A DNA stretch of 64,000 nucleotides. Origin: Vicinamibacteria bacterium (GTDB taxonomy: Bacteria; Acidobacteriota; Vicinamibacteria; Marinacidobacterales; Marinacidobacteraceae). Made by a program: the position numbers and the translations under genes. Under the pieces are notes generated by a model. It did no database searches and was not told where the DNA came from. It saw only the letters and a list, made by a program, of their open reading frames with translations. This document shows, in pieces, positions 9,740-20,086 of this stretch (within the stretch, counting starts at the first letter, position 1; every line of letters starts with the position of its first letter). The DNA lies in assembly GCA_963668695.2 (NCBI GenBank), contig CAXXLQ010000004.1, positions 288,001 to 352,000 on the forward strand, read 5' to 3'.

Positions 9740-10504
9740 GTGATCGGCGCCACCATCGCCGTTCTGACCGCGCGCCTCGCGGCGGGGAGCCTCCTGGTCG
9801 CGGGAATCATCCACGCGGCACATCGGGTTCCGGAGGGCTACCTCCGGCTGGTGGCGCGCGGAGCCGCGCTGGCAATGGCCCTCGGGCTGCTGGCCGGACG
9901 AAGCCGCCCGGAAGCCCCGTTCTGGGCGCTCCTGTTGGCCGGCGCCATCCTGCTGGCGTTCACCGTTCCCCGGTTCGGAGCCCGTCCCCGAACTCTCGCG
10001 GGCTGTATGGTGGGAATCGGTTTCCTTGGAGCCCTGCTGCCGCCTCTGCAGGCGCCGGATCTGCCTGGGTTGGCGCTCGCCGCCAACCTGTCGGGGGGCG
10101 CGCTCCTCGGGGGTGTCGTCGCCACGATGCTCCTCGGGCATTGGTATCTCGTGGAGACTTCACTCTCGATCCGACCGCTGTCGGTAGGATCCAGCCTCTT
10201 CAGCGGCGCTGTCGCACTTCGTATCGGTGTCGTAATCATCGCGCTGATCTACGGCGGAGTCGCGGCGTTACGCATCGCGGATCTCTCCGATCTGATCTAT
10301 TCGACCCCGGCTCTCTTCTTCGGGTTTCGGGTCCTGACCGGGCTGCTTTTCCCGGCTTTCCTGGCCGTCATGATTCGGAACACCGTGCGGATTCGGTCGA
10401 CGCAGTCGGCGACCGGACTACTCTACGTAGCGCTCATTCTGGTCCTCTTCGGCGAACTCACCGCAGCTTTCCTGGAGGTGGCGACCGGCGGCCGACTGGT
10501 CTGA
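9740..10504 (+). CDS. Multi-pass membrane protein of unknown function
   Basis: About 7-8 hydrophobic segments, with conserved-looking MLLGHWYL and RSTQSATGLLY motifs. Confidence 0.75.
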   Translation: MIGATIAVLTARLAAGSLLVAGIIHAAHRVPEGYLRLVARGAALAMALGLLAGRSRPEAPFWALLLAGAILLAFTVPRFGARPRTLAGCMVGIGFLGALLPPLQAPDLPGLALAANLSGGALLGGVVATMLLGHWYLVETSLSIRPLSVGSSLFSGAVALRIGVVIIALIYGGVAALRIADLSDLIYSTPALFFGFRVLTGLLFPAFLAVMIRNTVRIRSTQSATGLLYVALILVLFGELTAAFLEVATGGRLV

Positions 10505-10517
10505 GGCGGAGGATGTA

Positions 10518-11840
10518 GTGGATACTCGAAGCGCCCTACCAACAAGGTCACCGACTCGAAGCCTTTCCCGCCGCCGCCTGTTGGCCGGCGTTCCCGGTCT
10601 CGCGCTGTTGCCCATTCTTCCGGTGGGTCGTCTCGCCGCCGGAGAACCGCCGGAACCCGGCGCCAGCGAGGAACTGCCGGATTGGGTGCGCCTGGCCCGG
10701 GAAGAAGTCCCGGCAGCCACCGCAAGTCCGTATTTTCAAACCGGCGGCATCGGCCCCTCACCACGTTCCGTGGTCGAGGATGTGGGGGCCCGGCTGAACT
10801 TTCAAAACCGAAGTCCCGCCGCCGCCGACATTGCCGAGGTGATGGGGCGGATCGAGCCGGATCTCCGGTCCCAGCTTGCACGGGTGTTCGGCGCGGGCGA
10901 CGACGAGGTAGCGCTCACTCATTCCACCTCGGAAGGGATTTCCATCGTCGCCTGGAGCCTTGATTGGCGTCCCGGAGACGAAGTCGTCATTTCGAACACC
11001 GAACACCCGGCGAACGTCTTTCCCTGGTACGTCCTTCGAGACCGCTTCGGGATCGTGATTCGGGAGATCGACCTCAGCCCCGGCACGGATGTCGTGGCCG
11101 AGGTTCGGGAACAGCTCTCTCCCAAGACCCGGGTGGTCAGCCTCAGCCACGTTTCCCGGAACAACGGCCGGACGCTCCGCACCGAAGATTCCGCGCGGCT
11201 CGCGGAGCTCCTCCGCGCCCGGGGTGTCCGTTATCACCTTGACGGGGCGCAGGGACCCGGCTGTGTGGCGACCGATTTCGCCGAGCTCGGCTGCGATTGC
11301 TACTCGACTTGCGGACACAAGTGGCTCCTCGGTCCCAAGGGCACCGGCGCGCTCTTCGTCCGGCGGGCCGTTCTGGACGAAGTTCAACTGAGTTGGGCAG
11401 GAGCGCACAGCCACGAAACCATGGACTACGAGGGCAACTACACCCTGCTGCCGAGCGCCGCCCGCTACGAGTTCGGGACCCGGGCACTGGCCGACTTCTA
11501 CGGCTTCGGGCAAGCCGTGCAGTGGATGGAAGACATCGGCCTCGAACGCATCCTCACCCGGATCCAGGACCTCATGAGCTATGGCATCGACGCCGTTCGA
11601 CGGACACGGGAACTCGAACTCGCTTCGCCCGCGGATCCGGCCGACCGCTCGGGGATCCTGGTGGTCCGGCTACCTGAAGGCTGCGACCCGATGGTCCTCT
11701 ATCGAGGTCTCGGCCGGGAGGATGGAATCCTGGCCTCGCCGGTCCGCGGCGAACGGGACTTTCGACTCTCGGTGCACTTCTTCAACACCCGGGAGGAGAT
11801 CTCCTCGGCGGTCGAGGCCATCGTCTCCCGGTGCGCCTGA
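10518..11840 (+). CDS. Class V PLP-dependent enzyme with Tat signal (SufS/isopenicillin-N-epimerase-like)
   Basis: SRRRLL Tat signal, THSTSEG, EHPAN, DGAQ, GHKWLLGPKGTG, RYEFGT, RLSVHFFNT. Confidence 0.88.
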   Translation: MDTRSALPTRSPTRSLSRRRLLAGVPGLALLPILPVGRLAAGEPPEPGASEELPDWVRLAREEVPAATASPYFQTGGIGPSPRSVVEDVGARLNFQNRSPAAADIAEVMGRIEPDLRSQLARVFGAGDDEVALTHSTSEGISIVAWSLDWRPGDEVVISNTEHPANVFPWYVLRDRFGIVIREIDLSPGTDVVAEVREQLSPKTRVVSLSHVSRNNGRTLRTEDSARLAELLRARGVRYHLDGAQGPGCVATDFAELGCDCYSTCGHKWLLGPKGTGALFVRRAVLDEVQLSWAGAHSHETMDYEGNYTLLPSAARYEFGTRALADFYGFGQAVQWMEDIGLERILTRIQDLMSYGIDAVRRTRELELASPADPADRSGILVVRLPEGCDPMVLYRGLGREDGILASPVRGERDFRLSVHFFNTREEISSAVEAIVSRCA

Positions 11841-11866
11841 GTAATCCGGGCCCGCAGAGAGCCTAA

Positions 11867-12298
11867 CAGCCTGTGGCGAAACCCACGCGGCGTTCAACCG
11901 GCGATCCATCCCGGCCAAACAGCCTGTGATGAAACCCGCGCGGCGTTCAACCGGCGATCCATCCCGGCCAAACAGCCTGTGATGAAACCCGCGCGGCGTT
12001 CGGCCGGCGATCCATCCCGGCTGACCGCGTCGCTGCGCGCCGCTCATCGTTGCGTTTCGGTCGAAATACACCAGGTATTCCTCCCTCACGCGCCTTGTCA
12101 GCCAGGCGCCTCACCGGCCTCGGCGCTCACCCGGGTTCCACCACAGGCTGTTCACCACTCCGCTTCGCTGCGTTCTGCGTTGCGTTTCGGTCGAAATACA
12201 CCCGGGCCAGTTCTCCCGGTGGGGGCTCCTCCCTCACGCGCCTTGTCAGCCGGGCGCCTCACCGGCCTCGGCGCTCACGCGGGTTCCACCACAGGCTG
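11867..12298. mobile_element. Compound family A repeat with tandem ~51-bp end duplications
   Basis: CTAA direct repeat at 11863-11866 and 12299-12302. Ends CAGCCTG...CAGGCTG. Confidence 0.88.
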
Positions 12299-12316
12299 CT
12301 AAGCGGGGCGACGAGA

Positions 12317-12775
12317 TTGGGCAAACGAGCGCCCGAGGTGGGCTTTTATTGTGACGCCTGCGACCGATACTCCACCTGGACACCACCCTTCGCGGAAGGC
12401 GACGACCGGTGCCGGCACTGCGGCCACCGGAATCCGCCTGCGGCGGCGGAGGGTTTCTCGGGCGGCGCCGCCTTTGCCTCCTGTCCGCAATGCGGGAATC
12501 CCGAGCTGTACCAGAAGAAGGACGTTCCCCAACAGATCGGTTGCGCAGTGGTCCTGAGCGCCATCGCACTCGCCACGATTGCCTACGCGCTCTGGGACTT
12601 TCCTGGAGCGTTCGTGGTCTTCGCCTCCGTCGCGCTCCTCGACTTCCTCATCTATCGCCGGTTGGGAAGCGTCACGGTCTGTTACCGCTGCCACGCGGAA
12701 TTCCGCAGGTTCCCGGCAAACCCCGCGCATGGAGACTTCGATATGCACCGCGCGGAAGAGTACGAAGCGGAATAG
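12317..12775 (+). CDS. Cys-rich (four CxxC) zinc-ribbon membrane protein of unknown function
   Basis: CDAC, CRHC, CPQC, LYQKKDVPQ, two transmembrane helices, VCYRCH. Start is TTG 12317 or GTG 12338. Confidence 0.75.
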   Translation: MGKRAPEVGFYCDACDRYSTWTPPFAEGDDRCRHCGHRNPPAAAEGFSGGAAFASCPQCGNPELYQKKDVPQQIGCAVVLSAIALATIAYALWDFPGAFVVFASVALLDFLIYRRLGSVTVCYRCHAEFRRFPANPAHGDFDMHRAEEYEAE

Positions 12776-12792
12776 ACGCAGGCGGGTGTTAA

Positions 12793-12971
12793 CAGCCTGT
12801 GGTGAAACCCACGTGAGCGCCGAGACCGGTGAGGCGCCCGGCTGACAAGGCGCGTGAGGGAGGAATACCGGGTGTATTTCGACCGAAACGCAACGATGAG
12901 CGGCGCGAAGCGACGCGGTTCAGCCGGGATGGATCGCCGGTCGAACGCCGTGTGGGTTTTGCCACAGGCTG
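12793..12971. mobile_element. Family A MITE, minimal 179-bp form without the 19-bp motif
   Basis: TTAA on both sides (12789-12792, 12972-12975). Terminal inverted repeats CAGCCTGTGG...CCACAGGCTG. Confidence 0.92.
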
Positions 12972-12975
12972 TTAA

Positions 12976-13298
12976 CAGCCTGTGGTGAAACCCAAGCGGC
13001 GTTCCCGAGCCAGAAGCGACGGGGATCGGGTGCTCCCGCCCCCCGTCCCTTCCGCTCCGGGGTCTACGCGGTGCTTGCGCCCCGCTCCGGAAACGAGCGG
13101 CGATCCATCCCGGCTGAATCACTCCGCTTCGCTCCGTTCTGCGTTGCGTTTCGGTCGAAATACACTCGGGCCAGTTCTCCCGGTGGGGGCTCCTCCCTCA
13201 CGCGCCTTGTCAGCCGGACCCCCACCGGGAGAACTGGGCCTCGCCCCCACCGGGAGGACTGACCGCTCTCGGCGCTCACCCGGGTCCACCACAGGTTG
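12976..13298. mobile_element. Family A MITE, inverted, with a ~90-bp family D module and three 19-bp motifs
   Basis: Flanked by TTAA at 12972-12975 and 13299-13302. Confidence 0.88.
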
Positions 13299-14468
13299 TT
13301 AAAGATCCCCGACGCCCGCAAGGACCTTTCGGCTGAATGGCTGCGTGCCGCTCTCGTCGCGGGAGGCCGTCCGGACTGTCCGCCGATCCGGGAGCTGACC
13401 TGCGAGACCATCGGGGAAGGGATCGGACTGATCGGAGAAATCCTGCGCTGCGAACTGACCTTCGTCGAGGGCACCCGACCTTCCGACAGCGTGATCGTGA
13501 AACTCCCCAGCAGAAAACGCACGAACCGGAAACTCGGCCGCAGGTGGAGGCTGTACCGCCGCGAGTACAGCTTCTACCGCCACCTGGCGTCCGAACTACC
13601 GCTCCGCACCCCGGCGCTCCTCTACGGTGATTTCGAAGCTCGAAGCCACCGTTTCGTCCTCGTTCTCGAGGATCTCCGCGGCATGGCCCCAGCGGACCAG
13701 GTCGAGGGCGCGAACCCTCGACAGGTGAGGCGCGCCGTGCGGGCGGCGGCCCAACTCCACGCAAAATACTGGGACCGGGTCGAACCTCTGGCCGCCTCGG
13801 GTCTTGATGAGACGATGGCTCCGGGGGTCTGGCTGGGCGTGCAGATCCTGTATCTGTTGAGCCTGCCGCGGAGTCTGCCGCGCCTCTCGGCTTGGTGGTC
13901 CGAAGAGGTGCAGGATCTGGCGGAGGAGTACGGACTTCGGCTGGCAGACCACCTCGCTCACCTGGCTGGAGAACCGCTGACATTCGTTCATGGCGACTAC
14001 CGCCTCGACAACATGTTCTTCGGGGAAGACGGCAAGGACGACTTCGCGGTGGTGGACTGGCAAAACAGCGGGGTCTCGAGCGGCCTCTACGACGTGGCCT
14101 ACTTCCTCGCGGGCAGCGTCTCGACGGAGGTCCGCCGCGCGGTCGAAAAAGACGCGCTCCGGGAGTATCACGACATCGTTTGCAGTCTGGGCACGCGGGA
14201 CTTCACGTTCGAGCACTGCTGGCGGCTCTACCGCGAGACCCTGCTGGGCTGCCTGGTGTTGCCGGTGGTTGCCGCCGGCCAACTGCTGGAAGAGCCCCCG
14301 GAACGGCAACTGCGACTCGAGGACGCGATCGCGAAGCGGACCGCGGCAGCGGTCCAGGATCGAGATGCCGGCGCGTTCCTGCCCCCTCTCCCGCCACTGC
14401 TGAGCCGGGCAGGGCTCCGGCGCGCTCTCTGCCGGGGCGGTTACCGGGTCTATCGGGCGCTCCCCTAG
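13296..14468 (+). CDS. APH/choline-kinase-like phosphotransferase (EcKinase/DUF1679-like)
   Basis: VIVK, REYSFY, LVLEDL, HGDYRLDNMFF, VVDWQ, DVAYFL. Confidence 0.88.
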   Translation: MLKIPDARKDLSAEWLRAALVAGGRPDCPPIRELTCETIGEGIGLIGEILRCELTFVEGTRPSDSVIVKLPSRKRTNRKLGRRWRLYRREYSFYRHLASELPLRTPALLYGDFEARSHRFVLVLEDLRGMAPADQVEGANPRQVRRAVRAAAQLHAKYWDRVEPLAASGLDETMAPGVWLGVQILYLLSLPRSLPRLSAWWSEEVQDLAEEYGLRLADHLAHLAGEPLTFVHGDYRLDNMFFGEDGKDDFAVVDWQNSGVSSGLYDVAYFLAGSVSTEVRRAVEKDALREYHDIVCSLGTRDFTFEHCWRLYRETLLGCLVLPVVAAGQLLEEPPERQLRLEDAIAKRTAAAVQDRDAGAFLPPLPPLLSRAGLRRALCRGGYRVYRALP

Positions 14469-14720
14469 CAGCCTGTGGATAAAGTGGCGTGAGCGCCGAG
14501 AGCGGCCAGTTCTCCCGGTGGGGGCGAGGCCCAGTTCTCCCGGTGGGGGTCCGGCTGACAAGGCGCGTGAGGGAGGAGCCCCCACCGGGAGAACTGGCCC
14601 GGGTGTATTCCGACCGAAACGCAACGATGAGCGACGCGAAGCGACGCGGTTCAGCCGGGATGCATCGCCGCTCGAGCCCCCACCGGGAGAACTGGGCCGC
14701 GTGACTTTGTCCACAGGCTG
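14469..14720. mobile_element. Family A MITE with four 19-bp motif insertions
   Basis: CTAG (containing the upstream gene's stop) on the left and CTAA on the right. Terminal inverted repeats intact. Confidence 0.9.
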
Positions 14721-14751
14721 CTAACAGCCCGTCGCCGGTCCAGCTTTTCCC

Positions 14752-16137
14752 ATGCCGCAAACCGAAGAAGGGCGGTTCACCACCGGCTCGACGATGCGCC
14801 ACGTGGTCGTCATGACCACGACCGCCTCCGTCGGGTTCATGTTCCTGTTCCTGGTGGACTTCCTTGCGCTGTTCTACATCTCGCTGCTCCGCGACGTACG
14901 TCTCGTAGCCGCCGTCGGACTCGCCTCCTTCGTCCAGCACGTCGTCAGTGCCGTGGCCATCGGCCTCGCCGTCGCCGCGACCGCGCTCGTCAGCCAGGCG
15001 CTGGGCGCGCGCAACCGGTCGCTGGCGCGCAGCCGGACCACCTCGTGCCTGACCGCTTCTTTCGTGACCCTCACCGTCATCGCCGGCGCGGTGTTCGTCT
15101 TTCGCCAGGAGGCCGTCGGCCTGCTCATCGAAGCCGGGCCGGTCACGGAGGTGGCCAGCCGCTACCTGGCGTGGATCCTTCCGTCGCTGCCACTACTGGG
15201 TATTGGAATAAGCACCGCGGCGATTCTCAGAGCCGAGGGCGACGCCCGGCGGGCCCTGATCGTCACGATGGTCGCCGGCGGGGTGGCGTTCGTGCTGGAT
15301 CCGCTGGTGATCCTGGGGCTGGGACTCGGGGTGGACGGCGCGGCCTGGGTGGTGATTCTCGCCAGGCTCGTCACCGCGCTGGTGGGACTCCACTTCTTGA
15401 TCGGTGTCCATGGCCTGGCCGCTCCGCTCCGGGTAGCCGGAGTGTCACGCGACCTCCGTGCGATCTTCGCGGTGGGCGGACCGGCGGTGCTGGCCCAACT
15501 GTCGACACCTTCCGGCTTCCTGTTGCTGACCGCCTGGGTCGGGCGCTTCGGAGAAAGCGCCGTCGCGGGCTGGTCCGTGGTGACGCGACTGGTCGTGCTC
15601 GGGTTCTCCGGCATCATCGCACTGTCGGTAGCGGTGGGAGGCATCTTCGGCCAGAACTACGGCGCCCGAAAGCTGGAGCGGGTAGTGGCCACCTTTCGGG
15701 ACAGCCTGGTCTTCGGTGTCCTCTACGCGCTGGCGGCGTGGGCGGTGCTTTGGATCGGGACCGACGCCGTCGTCTGGGCGTTCGGGATGTCCGGCGAGGG
15801 CGCCAGGATCGTCCGGGCCTTCTGCCGGATCGGGGCCGGCGGGTTCGTCCTCGCGGGGGCGGCCTACGTGGCGACGGCGGCCTTCAACAATCTGGGCCGT
15901 CCGCTCTGGGCCACGATGCTCAACTGGTCGAGGGCCGGGCTGGCGATTCCTGCCATGCTGCTGCTAGCGGTGGGCACGCTGGAAGGCAGGGTGATCCTGT
16001 TCGCGCTCGACGGCCCCGGCGTGGTCTACGCCCAGGCCCTCGGGAGCAGTCTGGTCGGGGTGATCGGCGCCGGGGTGGGATGGCGCTTCGTGAAGGCCGT
16101 GGCGAGAGAGCGTCTGTCGGCGGGTTCGGATCCCTAG
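14752..16137 (+). CDS. MATE family efflux transporter
   Basis: About 12 transmembrane helices, with SQALGA, ILRAEGD, LDPL.I and GQNYGA motifs. Confidence 0.92.
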   Translation: MPQTEEGRFTTGSTMRHVVVMTTTASVGFMFLFLVDFLALFYISLLRDVRLVAAVGLASFVQHVVSAVAIGLAVAATALVSQALGARNRSLARSRTTSCLTASFVTLTVIAGAVFVFRQEAVGLLIEAGPVTEVASRYLAWILPSLPLLGIGISTAAILRAEGDARRALIVTMVAGGVAFVLDPLVILGLGLGVDGAAWVVILARLVTALVGLHFLIGVHGLAAPLRVAGVSRDLRAIFAVGGPAVLAQLSTPSGFLLLTAWVGRFGESAVAGWSVVTRLVVLGFSGIIALSVAVGGIFGQNYGARKLERVVATFRDSLVFGVLYALAAWAVLWIGTDAVVWAFGMSGEGARIVRAFCRIGAGGFVLAGAAYVATAAFNNLGRPLWATMLNWSRAGLAIPAMLLLAVGTLEGRVILFALDGPGVVYAQALGSSLVGVIGAGVGWRFVKAVARERLSAGSDP

Positions 16138-16602
16138 CAGCCGGTGGTGGGACCCGGGTCAGCGCCGAGCCCGGCCAGTCCTCCCGGTGGGGGCGAGGCC
16201 CAGTTCTCCCGGTGGGGGTCCGGCTGACAAGGCGCGTGAGGGAGGAGCCCCCACCGGGAGAACTGGCCCGGGTGTACTCCGACCGAAACGCAACGATGAG
16301 CGGCGCGCAGCGACGCGGTTCAGCCGGGATGGATCGCCGGCCGAGCCCCCACCGGGAGAACTGGGCCGCGTGGGTTTCACTACCGGTTGTTTCGCCGGGA
16401 TGGATCGCCGGGCGAGCCCCCACCGGGAGAACTGGGCCGCGCGAGTTTCATTACAGGCTGTTTCGCCGGGATGGATCGCCGGGCGAGCCCCCACCGGGAG
16501 AACTGGGCCGCGCGAGTTTCATTACAGGCTGTTTCGCCGGGATGGATCGCCGGGCGAGCCCCCACCGGGAGAACTGGGCCGCGTGGGTTCCACCACCGGC
16601 TG
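16138..16602. mobile_element. Family A MITE with ~71-bp internal tandem amplification, seven 19-bp motifs in total
   Basis: Begins after CTAG (MATE stop). The unit GCCGGGATGGATCGCCGG..GAGCCCCCACCGGGAGAACTGGGCCGCG repeats four times. Confidence 0.88.
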
Positions 16603-16614
16603 CCGGCAGCCCCC

Positions 16615-19236
16615 TCAGGCCGGAACCAGCTCGGCTCTGTCCGCCACCCCGCGCGGAGCGACCTCAATCGTTCCGCCGGCATCGCTCCGCACCTCGACCA
16701 AGGCTCCGGGCGGAAGCACCCCGCCAACGATCATCCGCGCGACCGGTGTCTCGACCCGGTGCTGGATGACCCGCCGAACGGGACGGGCGCCATAGAGCGG
16801 GTCGTACCCCTCGGCGGCAAGGACTCTGAGGGCGTCCTCGGTCACCTCGAGCGTGAGGTCTTGCTCGCGGACCCGTTCACGGAGCCGGTCCAGCTGGAGG
16901 TTCACGATTTCGGTCACCTGGTCCCGGGTGAGGCTCCGGAACACGACGGTTTCGTCCACCCGGTTCAGGAACTCGGGCGGGAACTCGCGCCGAAGCTCCG
17001 AAATCACTTCGCGCTTCATCTCGTCATATCCGCGTCCCGCCTCGGCAAGCGCCAGCACCCGCTCACTCCCGACGTTCGACGTCATGATGAGTACCGTGTT
17101 GCGGAAGTTGACCAGCCGGCCGTGCGAGTCGGTGAGCCGGCCGTCGTCGAGCACCTGAAGCAGCACGGTCCGCACCTGTGGGTGGGCCTTTTCGATTTCA
17201 TCCAGCAGGACAACCGCGAACGGCCGGCGGCGCACCGCCTCCGTCAACTGGCCACCCTCTTCGAAGCCGACATATCCGGGGGGCGCCCCGGTCAGCCGGG
17301 ACACCGAGTGCTTCTCGGTGTACTCGGACATGTCCAGGCGCACCACGGCGTGCTCGTCATCGAAGAGTTCGGCGGCGAGCGCGCGGGCGAGTTCGGTCTT
17401 TCCCACCCCGGTGGGGCCGGCGAACAGGAAGGCGCCGAGCGGCCGATCCGGATCCTGGACGCCGGCGCGAGCGCGGACCACCGCGTCGGCCACCGCCCGT
17501 ACCCCTTCGTCCTGTCCGATGACCCGGCGGTGGAGCAGGTCTCCCAGCCGCAGCAGTTTTTCCCGCTCGCCTTCGAGCAGCCGGTCCACCGGGATACCCG
17601 TCGACCGCGCAACCACCGAGGCTACGTCGGAGGCGTCCACCTCCTCACGAAGGAGACGACCGTCCTGCCCACCGAGCCGCGTCTCCGCGGCCGTCAGTTC
17701 GCGTTTCAGTTCCTCGATGGTCCCGTACCGGAGTTCGGCCGCCCGGCCGAGGTCCTGCTCGCGTTCAGCCCGCTCCATCTGGAGGTTCGCCTCTTCGATC
17801 CGCTCGCGAAGCCTCCGCACCCCAAGGAGCTGCGCTTTCTCGCCCTGCCACTGGGTGCGGAGGGCTCGCGCCTCCTCTTCGAGGTCGGCGATCCGCCGTT
17901 CGAGTTCCGTGAGTCGCTTGCGCGAAGCGTCGTCCTTTTCCTTCTTCAGCGCCTCACGCTCGATCTGAAGCGACAGGAGCCTCCGCTCCACCTCGTCGAG
18001 ACTGGTGGGAACACTGTCCATCTCGGTCCGCAGGCGGGCGCCCGCCTCGTCCACCAGATCGATGGCCTTGTCGGGCAGGAAGCGGCCGGAGATGTAACGG
18101 CTGGACATGGACGCCGCGGCCAGGAGCGCGCCGTCCTGGATCCGGACGCCGTGGTGGACCTCGTAGCGCTCCTTGAGGCCGCGCAGGATGGTCACGGTGT
18201 CCGGGACGGAGGGCTCATCAACCACCACGGTCTGGAACCGCCGTTCGAGCGCGGCATCCTTTTCGATGTACTGGCGGTATTCGTCCAGGGTGGTCGCCCC
18301 GATGCAGTGCAGGTCCCCCCGGGCGAGCGCCGGCTTCAGCAGGTTGGAGGCATCCATCGCGCCGTCGGTTCGGCCGGCGCCGACGACGGTATGCAACTCG
18401 TCGACGAAGAGAATGACCCTTCCGTCCGACTCCTGCACGGCGCCAAGCACCGCCCTGAGCCGCTCTTCGAACTCGCCCCGGAACTTCGCACCGGCGATGA
18501 GCGCCCCCATATCGAGCGCCACGACCTGCCGGTCGCGGAGCCCTTCGGGTACGTCACCCTTCACGATCCGGAGCGCCAGCCCCTCCGCGATGGCCGTCTT
18601 GCCGACTCCCGGTTCCCCGAGCAGCACCGGGTTGTTCTTGGTACGCCGAGACAGGATCTGCATGACCCGCCGGATCTCATCGTCACGACCGATGACCGGG
18701 TCCAGTTTGTCGGCACGGGCGAGGGACGTCAGGTCCCGCCCGTATTTCTGGAGTGGCTCGTAGGCGCTCTCGGGGTTGGGGCTTGAGGCGCGTGCGGGAC
18801 CGCGCACCGCCTTGATCGCTCCTTCGAGCCTCTTCCGGTCCACTCCGACGGCGCGGAGAGCATGGCTGGCCGCCGACTTCTGCAAGACCAGAGCGAGGAG
18901 GAGATGTTCCACGCTCAGGAACTCGTCCCCGAGCCTTCGCGCCTCCTCCGACGCGGTGTGAATCACCTTGGCGAGCCCCTGGGATGCGGAAGGCGAGCCC
19001 TCGGCTGCGTAGTGCTGCACCGGCAGCGCACCAAGGGCCGTGTCCAGGTTGCGACCCAGAGCGGAGGGTTCGACGTCCAGCCGGCGAAGGAGCCGGAGAG
19101 CAAGCCCATCGGGCGCATCGTCGAGCAAGGCGGCGAGCAGGTGCTCGGGAGTGGTTTCCGGGTTTGGGCGCCCTCCTGCGAGGCTTGCAGCCCGCGACAG
19201 TGCAGCGCCAGCACGTTCGGTAGCGGAAAGAGACAT
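16615..19236 (-). CDS. clpB: ATP-dependent chaperone ClpB
   Basis: Clp N-repeats, GEPGVGKT, coiled-coil M domain, [22 protein letters not shown]. Confidence 0.97.
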   Translation of the reverse strand: MSLSATERAGAALSRAASLAGGRPNPETTPEHLLAALLDDAPDGLALRLLRRLDVEPSALGRNLDTALGALPVQHYAAEGSPSASQGLAKVIHTASEEARRLGDEFLSVEHLLLALVLQKSAASHALRAVGVDRKRLEGAIKAVRGPARASSPNPESAYEPLQKYGRDLTSLARADKLDPVIGRDDEIRRVMQILSRRTKNNPVLLGEPGVGKTAIAEGLALRIVKGDVPEGLRDRQVVALDMGALIAGAKFRGEFEERLRAVLGAVQESDGRVILFVDELHTVVGAGRTDGAMDASNLLKPALARGDLHCIGATTLDEYRQYIEKDAALERRFQTVVVDEPSVPDTVTILRGLKERYEVHHGVRIQDGALLAAASMSSRYISGRFLPDKAIDLVDEAGARLRTEMDSVPTSLDEVERRLLSLQIEREALKKEKDDASRKRLTELERRIADLEEEARALRTQWQGEKAQLLGVRRLRERIEEANLQMERAEREQDLGRAAELRYGTIEELKRELTAAETRLGGQDGRLLREEVDASDVASVVARSTGIPVDRLLEGEREKLLRLGDLLHRRVIGQDEGVRAVADAVVRARAGVQDPDRPLGAFLFAGPTGVGKTELARALAAELFDDEHAVVRLDMSEYTEKHSVSRLTGAPPGYVGFEEGGQLTEAVRRRPFAVVLLDEIEKAHPQVRTVLLQVLDDGRLTDSHGRLVNFRNTVLIMTSNVGSERVLALAEAGRGYDEMKREVISELRREFPPEFLNRVDETVVFRSLTRDQVTEIVNLQLDRLRERVREQDLTLEVTEDALRVLAAEGYDPLYGARPVRRVIQHRVETPVARMIVGGVLPPGALVEVRSDAGGTIEVAPRGVADRAELVPA

Positions 19237-19402
19237 GATCTATCTACTCCATACTCATTAAATCTGATGTGTAGTATAGCCGATTCTCCTGACAAAGCAC
19301 ACAGAACCGAGGGAACAAGGACCGGCGGGCTCGCCCCGGCGCGCCGGCTCCGCTCGCTGGGGCACTCCAGCCGGGTGGCGGGGGCTAACGGCCAGGCGCT
19401 AA

Positions 19403-19853
19403 CAGCCGGTGGTGGAACCCGCGTGAGCGCCGAGGCCGGCGAGGCCCAGTTCTCCCGGTGGGGGTCCGGCTGACAAGGCGCGTGAGGAAGGAATACCGGG
19501 TGTATTTCGACCGAAACGCAACGATGAGCGGCACGCAGCGACGCGGTCAACAGCCGGTGGTGGAACCCGCGTGAGCGCCGAGGCCGGCGAGGCCCAGTTC
19601 TCCCGGTGGGGGTCCGGCTGACAAGGCGCGTGAGGGAGGAATACCGAGTGTATTTCGACCGAAACGCAACGCTGAGCGACGCGAAGCGACGCGGTTCAGC
19701 CGGGATGGATCGCCGGTCGAACGCCGCGCGAGTTTCATTACAGGCTGTTTCGCCGGGATGGATCGCCGGCCGAACGCCGCGCGGGTTTCATTACAGGCTG
19801 TTTCGCCGGGATGGATCGCCGGCCGAACGCCGCCTAGGTTTCACAACCGGCTG
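19403..19853. mobile_element. Compound family A repeat upstream of clpB
   Basis: Two overlapping bodies plus tandem end duplications. Starts after CTAA. Confidence 0.85.
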
Positions 19854-20064
19854 TTTCGGGACCCTCGCGTCCGGACGCACCGACGAAACCAGAACAGGTC
19901 AGGACCGGCAGGCGCGGGTAGCGGGGATAGCGCGCGTCCGAGAACGAACGCTCGCAAAGGGTGAAACGGGTGCGGCGCGACGCCACGATCCGGGCGTGGC
20001 AGCAGGTCTCGCAGAGCCCGGCGAGATGGCCCGCAGACACGACCGGTTCGCGCGGCTGGCTCAT
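19834..20064 (-). CDS. Small Cys-rich conserved hypothetical protein
   Basis: ATG preceded by GGAAGGGGGG. Sequence GLCETCCHAR...LCERS..DARYPRYPRLPVLTCSGF. Stop codon lies inside the adjacent repeat. Confidence 0.7.
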   Translation of the reverse strand: MSQPREPVVSAGHLAGLCETCCHARIVASRRTRFTLCERSFSDARYPRYPRLPVLTCSGFVGASGREGPETAGCET

Positions 20065-20086
20065 CCCCCCTTCCCGACGCAGCCGC

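Noticed and set aside
16387-18786. Long antisense ORFs (also 1305-2918, 33196-35535, 48284-50665, 52751-54850)
   Set aside because: Shadow ORFs opposite well-supported genes, as expected in GC-rich DNA.
19237-19300. CIRCE or HAIR heat-shock operator upstream of clpB
   Set aside because: AT-rich with a TATACT box, but no convincing match to either inverted repeat.
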